Shown: piece by piece, positions 50,330 through 64,000 of the stretch
Layout: every line of letters begins with the position of its first letter
How positions within the stretch are numbered: position 1 is the first letter of the stretch
NCBI RefSeq assembly: GCF_009914755.1
Contig: NC_060929.1
Source of the DNA: the human T2T-CHM13v2.0 reference genome, Homo sapiens
Strand: one strand, 5' to 3'
Length of the DNA: 64,000 nt
Program-made: the position numbers and the translations under genes
Notes under the pieces: model-generated
The model's input: only the letters and a program-made list of their open reading frames with translations
Databases searched by the model: none
What the model was told of the DNA's origin: nothing

Positions 50330-53237
50330 TGAGCATTGCTGCCACCAGGAAACTGTCCGCTAGGGCTCGGCACTACTAAGGACCTCGCTAACAATAATCT
50401 GGCTGCGCTGGGACTCAGCAAGAGCAGACACCCAGCGGATTGCCCTGGTGTTGCCAAACAAATGTCCATTTAGGTGCCATAAATGGTGCTGCTAGAAAGA
50501 AACTGCGGGCTCTTAGATAGGAGTCCTGTCTGGAGAAATGAACTGACTGTGTTTAAATGTGTTGTGACAGAAAAATGTGTTGTGGCATCTTATTGTGTTT
50601 TAAGTCGTTTAATGTGTTTTAACCCGTTGTAATGTGCTGTGAGAGAAAAAGCCGCAGCTAACGGTGCTATGGAATTACTAGAGAGCACAGAGGCTGGGTG
50701 CAGTCACCGGTCTGCACCGTAAAAAGGGGTTCAGGAAGTTCCTACGAGATATTAGCGTTTCTAGGACCCAGAAAGAGACAGCACAGATAATTTACGGGCC
50801 CCGAAAACATGAAACTTCCTGTTGGGCGCTAAGAATTGTGCACCAATTGAGAAAACGCCCAGTGGGCGCTACTGGCAAAAGTGCTGACGCAAAACCGACA
50901 GCTCCGCATAAGAAGCGGAGTCGCCAGACAGAACCCGGGACCTGGCAGCAGCAAGTCTGAGACCGAGATCGGCTCCCCGCGTCCTGAGCATGCAAGTCAA
51001 GGAGCACGAAGCTGAGACATTTAAAATCAGTAGAAAAAAATACATAACATTTAAATAGAAATACAATTTAAAAATAATAGAAGCCTAAAATGCAAGTAGA
51101 AATGAAAGGCAAGCACATCGGTAATGTCGTTCTCAGAGCAAGACACAAAAAGACAATTAAAAAATAAGCAAAAATTGCTGACAACCATTCCTACAAAGAA
51201 GAAATTACAAATGTTTGTAATGCAATCCTACGATTAGGATATCCCTATCCGATCTAAACCAGTACATGTTACACCTAAGTCTAAATTTCCTACCAAATTA
51301 AATAAATAAATAAATAACAGTCATGGTTAAACCTGTTTAGCTTAGACTATAAAATGGTAGGAAAAAAAGTCGCTTTCGGCGGGACTTGCTATTGTCAACT
51401 GGGGCTTGGCAAAACTGAAAAATCCCGTTTGCCTGCATTTCCTGACTTCCAGGGGAGTTTAAAAAACACAGGCCTAGCTAAGGCGGGACCCGCTATTGTG
51501 AAACCAAACTTAGTATAAGAGCTCCCAGGCCCTGCTAAACTGGTCATCGCTAAGCAAAAAAAAAAAAAACCGCATTCGCTGGTACCCAGATTTCTACAGG
51601 AGTTAAACGTCTCCTGAGCAGCTAAAGCAGAGCTTACTAGTAAGAAACTTGCAATGACTAAGGAACTTGAGGCAGGGCTAACCCGGGGTTGTTAGGATTA
51701 GAATTCCGAGGCTACAGGAAACCCGGAATTGCTGAGATGTGAGTCACAGGGTGACTCAGCCTCGTTACGATGAAACAGTAACTTCCTACTACCTAGAAAT
51801 CGCAGCCAGGGCCAGACCGGTGTTTGTCCTAAGTCGGAACTTGATTGGGCTGAGAAATCACATTGTGACTATTCCACGACTTGAACAAGGGGTAGAAATC
51901 GCAGGCACCGCGAAATAGAAACTTCCTAGGACCAAGAAGCCAACGACGCCCGAAACCGTGGGGTCCTGTCACAGAAACCCCAGCAGCGCAGCCACCGGAC
52001 TGGGTTCTGGAGGCCGAGCCGCAGTCCGTGCGGCGGCGCTGGGAAGAGAAGGCGCCCCGGCAGCTCCCCTGCCACCGGCCCCGAGGAGCGGCTGGCTCCC
52101 CCAGCCCAGCGCCGCCGCCGCCCGGTAACTCCAGGCGCAACTGGGCGCAACTGGGGCAGCTGCGACACCGAATCCCTCACATCTGCAACCTGGGTGCTGC
52201 GGCCACTGAGAAAATGGAGGCGCAGACCAACGAGCGGTGCCGCGACCGAGAGACCTCGGCTGGCGAAATGGTGGTGCCGGGAGCCTGCGAGTGACGCCAG
52301 CCGGCGGGGTTGTCAAGGACAACATTCGTTTTGACGCAGCCAATGGCGCCGTCACCAAGAAACCATCGACTCTGAGAAAAAAGAGAGGTTCGGCCACCGA
52401 GAAACTCCGTACGACAAGTGCTGTGGCAGAAAAACCGCCTACTCCGCGCCACAGGCAAAACAGCCAATGGAAACCCCAGGTGCTGCGACCGTGACACCGG
52501 CACTAGAGGGTCTCGGATGGAGAAAGCGGCGCACGGAGACCAGGAAACTATGTGTAGCACAACTAGCAGAAAACCGTCTGGTCGGCCATCCGGGAGAAAG
52601 CGCGGATCAGAAACAAGCGACTTCGATGCAGGGAACCGCGCAGCCACTGAAGAAAGTGACCCACGTGGCAGTGGTGCCAGCGAAACACTGCAGTTTGGAC
52701 GGCAGCTGTGGGGATGCCACAGAGAAACATGCACTGCCACTGAAGTACATCCAGCTCCGCGGAACTAGTGTTCATATGATCAAGAAACCGCCAGTTGGGC
52801 TCTGCTAGAAACTTTTAGTCCTCCCTTAACGGCTATCCTACCCACAACAGACAAATGCCTTTACCCAGCACCTAGCGGTGCTGAGACCCGCCTGGGCCAG
52901 CACAGAGCGCAGAGCAGTACGGGTACGGAGAAACGCCGGACTCAGTGAAACCAGCCTTGCCTCCAGCGGATTCCCCGGCTTCGCCGGACGCCACAGGCAG
53001 AGTGCCGCGGGGAAACCTCTGGCTCCCTAAACCGATTAGATTGTGGGAGTGGGGGGGACACTCACAAGTTGTGTGGAAGGGAACCAGCGGCAATGGGACC
53101 CGGCGAGCACTTGCCCGCAGCAAATGCCTGCGCTGCTGCAAAAAAACAACTTTTGGCGCAAAGAATGTTGCGGCCAGAGAGCATCCGCTGTCGCTGACAA
53201 AGGAGTAGCAATGGCAATGAGAAACCGCCGGCGCCAC
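50330..53237 (+). repeat. Degenerate repeat array (GGTGCTGCCACNGAGAAAC-like), with an old internal duplication
   Basis: Recurring ggtgc(t/c)g...gagaaa(c) units every 30-45 nt; 50330-50700 aligns with 52190-52520. Confidence 0.55.
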
Positions 53238-54086
<849 letters not shown>

Positions 54087-54149
54087 GGAGGGAAGTCTGT
54101 ATTGTTCCTGCGTTCAACCCAGTGCATAGTGCATGAGAAGAGGAGGCAG

Positions 54150-54750
54150 TTTAGGGGCCCAGAACCAAGCGGATGGGGCTGGTTGCAGGAACAAAGTAAA
54201 AACCATTCTGATTGCCAACAGCTGCCTACGCAGGAAACACCCTTCCAACCTCCGTGGCGGGGCTCTCCCAGGCCACCCCTCGGTCCCAGAGTCTCCTCCC
54301 CGTCCAGAGCTCTCAGGATCCTACAGAAGGGGCGGACAACTCTTCCCTTCCAAACTGGAAAGTCGGCCTAGGTTTCCGAGGATAATGAAAGGCACAGCGT
54401 TTTTTGACCTCGACTTCAGGCCTGACCCCCCACTCTCTCGGTCCCCTACCTCTTCTGCGGGATGTAACTCTGTGGGAACCGCTCCTTTATTCTGATGATT
54501 AACTGTCTGATATCCTTGATATTTGGGGATAGTAGATGAAAGAGAGCAGGAGAGAAAAATGGACGGCAAGACTCCAGCTCAGAAGGTGGGAATGATGGCA
54601 AAAGTCCGCTACCTCTCCAAGCTCAATAAACATCTCAAACTGCTCTACACTTTTCTGTACCCTTGATCTGTGAAATGGATCACTGACGTTTTCTGTCTTT
54701 CGGGAAATGCAAAGCAGGCGAATTTTCAAGCGCTTGAATTCCCTCTTTTT
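54150..54750 (-). pseudogene. Possible highly diverged ANXA2R-family relic
   Basis: Peptides in the expected order: LGEVADFCHHSHLLS~LGEYSLDSCDLGLLS, then HPAEEVGDRESGGSGLK~APVEEVG (ANXA2R) and QSGLK (X copies). Confidence 0.42.
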
Positions 54751-55084
54751 CCTACTTTTCAGTCAGAGTGGAGCTAAAAACTCCTTCCCCATAGGAAATA
54801 TGGAACTGCCTCTGCCCGGAAGAAAAACGTCCCTTTTCCCTAAGCTTTCACATTTCCCGAAAAATCTACACATCCGCATGAAATCCTCACAAGAGACCTA
54901 CAGACCCTACCGGGAGCGTTCCTGTCACTACAAAAAATTTAAAAATTAGCCGGATGCGGTCGCGGGTGCCTGTAGTCCCAGGTACCAGGGAGGCTGAGGT
55001 GGGAGGATCTCTTGAGCCCAGGAGGTCCAGGATGCAGTTAACGATGATCCTAAGACCACGAGGCAATTGGAGGATCCTCAAATA

Positions 55085-55270
55085 CCAGGGAGAAACTAGC
55101 TAGCAGACATAGTATGGTGGGAGGGGAAGATCAAGGCAAATGCCTTGGGAGTGGGTGAGAATTGCGACTTCATATTGGATCTCCTGACCTGTGAAGGCCC
55201 TTTTCTAGGCTCCTCTGGACCTGTCCTCTGCCCAGGTTCAACCAGAAAAGGATGGAATTTGTTGCATGGT
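55085..55270 (-). pseudogene. Possible X-type ANXA2R-family relic
   Basis: KFHPFLVEPGQRTGPEEP~EFHPSTLEELSWRQAGPEP; SAS*(TAG)FLPG at the conserved Trp position. Confidence 0.4.
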
Positions 55271-55479
55271 ATCTTCAGGGTGAGGTTGGGAGATGATGCG
55301 GGAACGCTCATCCCTGGTCTTAGGAACGGGAGAACAAAGGAAAAATGGCATCATTTCCACCTAAAAAGTTACAAGCACTTCACCAGAAGGAACAGCCCAG
55401 GCGGAGCCTTTGTAAAAGAAAAGCCCCACCCACTGCTTCGCACTCCTCATTTCCACCCAGCAGAGCATTTTAGTGGCAA

Positions 55480-55795
55480 AGCTGAGCGGGAGCCATAGTT
55501 CACTCCTGTAATCCCAGCACTTTGGGAGGCCCAGGCGGGAGGATCACTTTAACCCACGCGTTCAGGACCATCCGAAGCACATAGCAAGACCGTGCCACTA
55601 CAAAAAATTTAAAAAATTAGCGGGATGCAGTCGCGGGTGCCTGTAGTCCCAGCTACCAAGGAGGCTGACGTGGGAGGATCTCTTGAGCCCAGGAGGTCCA
55701 GGCTGCAGTGAACGATGATCCTTCACGGCACCACTGCACTCCAGCCTGGGTGACAGACTGAGACTTTGTCTCAAAAAATAAAATGAAATAAAAAT
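55480..55795 (+). mobile_element. AluJ (part duplicated at 54925-55050)
   Basis: Alu consensus, J-type. Confidence 0.85.
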
Positions 55796-56191
55796 ACAGC
55801 CGAGATTAGGAACTCTTTAAGAAGGGGTCACCTGAGACATTATTAGTATACCATTAACAGGAGAAAATGCTGCAAATTAAAGTATCATAATGGTAGGAGG
55901 CTACCCATTTAAAAATATATACCTGTTTCAGAGACACTAAAGTGAGAAAAATATTTACTCTAGAATTGATTAAATTCAGATATCCACTGCTTTATTTTAA
56001 ACCTTAAGTGCCATTTTAGTTTATTTACCTCTTAGAAATAGCATGGAGATTGGAGTTGTAATTTTTTAATATTTATTTATTTATTTATTTAGAGACAGAG
56101 TCTGGCTCTGTTGCCCAGGCTGGAGTGCAGTGGTGTGATCTCAGCTCACTGCAGCCTCTGCCTCCCGGGTTCAAGCTATTCTGAGGCCTCA

Positions 56192-57270
56192 TATCTGGGA
56201 ACCTGCCCCAATAGTCACATAGGTTCTTTTCTATTTTCCCTAAGCATCGGCCGGTTTGAGAAATAAAGGGACAGAGTACAAAAGAGAGAAATTCTAAAGC
56301 TGGGTGTCTAGGGGAGACCTCACATGTCAGTAGGTTCTGTGATGCCCCACAAGCTGTAAAACCAGCAAGTTTTTATTAGGGACTTTCGAAAGGGGAGGGA
56401 GTGTACGAATAGGGTGTGGGTCACAAAGATCACATACTTCACAAGGTAATAGAATATCACAAGGCAAATGGAGGCAGGGCGAGATCACAGGACCACAGGA
56501 CCGGGGTGAAATTCAAATTGCTAATGAAGTTTTGGGCACCATTGTCATTGATAACATCTTATCAGGAGACAGGGTTTTGAGAGCAACTGGTCTGACCAAA
56601 ATTTATTAGGCGGGAATTTCCCCTTCCTGATAAGCCTGGGAGCACTATGGGAGACTGGGGTTTATTTCATCCCTACAATCTCGACCATAGAAGACGGCCA
56701 CACCCAAGGGGGGCATCTATAGACCCACCCTCAGGTGCGTATTCTCTTTCCCAGGGATGTTCCTTGCTGAGAAAAAGAATTCAGCAATATTTCTTCCATT
56801 TGCTTTTGAAAGAAGAGAAATATGGCTCTGTTCCGCCTGGCTTTTTCCCGGCGGTCAGAGTTTAAGGTTATCTCTCTTGTTTCCTAAACATTGCTGTTAT
56901 ACTGTTCTTTTTTCAAGGTGCCCAGATTTCATACTGTTTAAACACACATGCTCTACAATTTGTGGAGTTAATGCAATTATCACAGGGTCCTGAGGCGACA
57001 TACATTCTCCTCGGCTTACGAGATGACAGGATTAAGAGATTAAAGTAAAGACAGGCATAGGAAATCACAAGGGCATTGATTGGAGAAGAGATAAGTGTCC
57101 TTGAAATCTTCACAATTTATGTTTAGAGATTGCAGTAAAGATAGGCATAAGAAATTATAAAAGTATTAATTTGGGGAACTAATAAACGTCCATGAAATCT
57201 TCACAATCCACGTTCTTCTGCCATGGCTTCGGCCGGTCCCTCCTTTTGGGGTCCCTGACTTCCCGCTACA
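56192..57270 (-). mobile_element. MER11 (HERV-K11/HML-8) solo LTR inserted in an Alu (56070-57390)
   Basis: Reverse complement starts TGTAGCGGGAAGTCAGGGACCCC; 6-bp TSD GCCTCA. Confidence 0.9.
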
Positions 57271-58001
57271 GCCTCAGCCTCCCAAGTAGCGGGGATTACA
57301 GGCACCAGCCACAATGCCCAGCAATTTTTTTGTATTTTTAGTAGAGAGGGGGTCTCGCCATTTTGTCCAGTCTGGTCTTGAACTCCTGACTTCTATATGA
57401 TTGTATTTGTTTTTTCACAATGTATTTCAATACATTGAAATGGTTGGGCAAGTGGCAAAATCATATTCCTCACTCCTCTGGTTTTTTATAAGGTTCAATT
57501 TATCATAAATACTTTCCGCTTCTTGCCTCATCTTTTACTTCTCCTCACATATTGAGTGGTTCATGGCACAAAAATCATTATTTGTGACAGACACTGTGCC
57601 AACTGTATTTTGTGCTTTATCTGATTTCATTCTCAACTGAAAACTGCGGCAAGCACATGCTTTGTACTGGGCTTGCTTCTCATTTCCATTTTGTAGATAC
57701 ACACCCTCACTTAGGGAAGTATGAGTTTGTACAGCTCTGCCTGTGGCTGAATAGATAAATGTAATTTTACCATTCAGTGTTAAATCAACTTTTAGTGTAA
57801 ATTTAAGGCCCATCTTCTAACATAGGGGTACGTGTGATTTTACTGTGTCCCTTCTCCCTAACACTCCAGTTCAAGATAGCAACCTAAATTCTGAGTTGAT
57901 TATTCTGGACACACTCCCTCAAAATGCGACTGTAAGACACCAGAATACACCACCCCAGTATGCCAATATATCAATATACCTCTGGCGTATTGATTATTTC
58001 A

Positions 58002-59396
<1,395 letters not shown>

Positions 59397-59399
59397 AAG

Positions 59400-61205
<1,806 letters not shown>

Positions 61206-61613
61206 ATGAAAAATTGTCCTGGTTTAAAAGGGTTCCTTTCCTTACAGGTGAGTAAGAATTGTCACTTCCTGACAGGACCAGGAACATCAGGATATTTGGA
61301 GAATCTTAACAAAAGGAGAATTCATCCAAATCTCTAGGTATTGCAGGCAAAGTATGATAGCAAGATCCTGGTTTGGTTTCCTAGCATCTGGACGCTTTTA
61401 AAAGTCTAATTTGAGATTCCTTATGAAAATGTCCAGGTAAGTCAACTTAAAGAGAGCCTACACTGCAGCATAAGTTCCTAGTTATCATTGCTAAAGTAAA
61501 GTTATCATTGCTGAGAGTACCATATCATCCTCTGGAGAAACTGAACCTCTATAGAGTTAGTTCTACTTATAGTGCAAAACAGTGCTTCAAGTTAGAGTCA
61601 GCATATTTACTGA

Positions 61614-63864
<2,251 letters not shown>

Positions 63865-64000
63865 TTACTTTCTGGTTTCTGAAACAATAACTGATCAATG
63901 GGGTGTGGTGAGGGAGTAGAGAAAGAATGAATAGCCCTGAATGCACTGATAATAGACTGCTTGCCAATAACCACTGATAGAGTTTGAATACAATTCTACA

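Noticed and set aside
50330-53237. CRISPR-like array, given repeats ending in GAAAC
   Set aside because: Primate DNA, highly degenerate units with irregular spacing, and no cas genes.

Overview
Primate (most likely human) genomic DNA. It is repeat-rich: about 40 Alus, a full-length L1PA3/4-type LINE nested in an ERVK LTR nested in an Alu, MER11, MER4-group, MER51 and MaLR LTRs, and MER1B and MER75 DNA transposons. I see no conventional multi-exon gene. The main structure is a cryptic cluster of intronless ANXA2R (annexin A2 receptor/C5orf39)-family genes. Nine copies are well supported and several fainter relics are possible; most have a TATA box 65-100 nt upstream of the ATG. One copy (24993-25469, +, in a CpG island, followed by AATAAA) keeps an uninterrupted 158-codon ATG ORF. 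Another (16340-16723) keeps 127 codons. The first 21 kb is an A-B-A'-B' inverted segmental duplication that also carries two PRELID3B processed pseudogenes. A decayed 'GAATEK'-like repeat array lies in the CpG island at 50.3-53.2 kb. The content fits 5p12 between SELENOP and ANXA2R, but this placement is inferred. All comparisons with ANXA2R and PRELID3B use protein sequences recalled from memory and need confirming by alignment. Repeat subfamily calls are by eye and boundaries are approximate.
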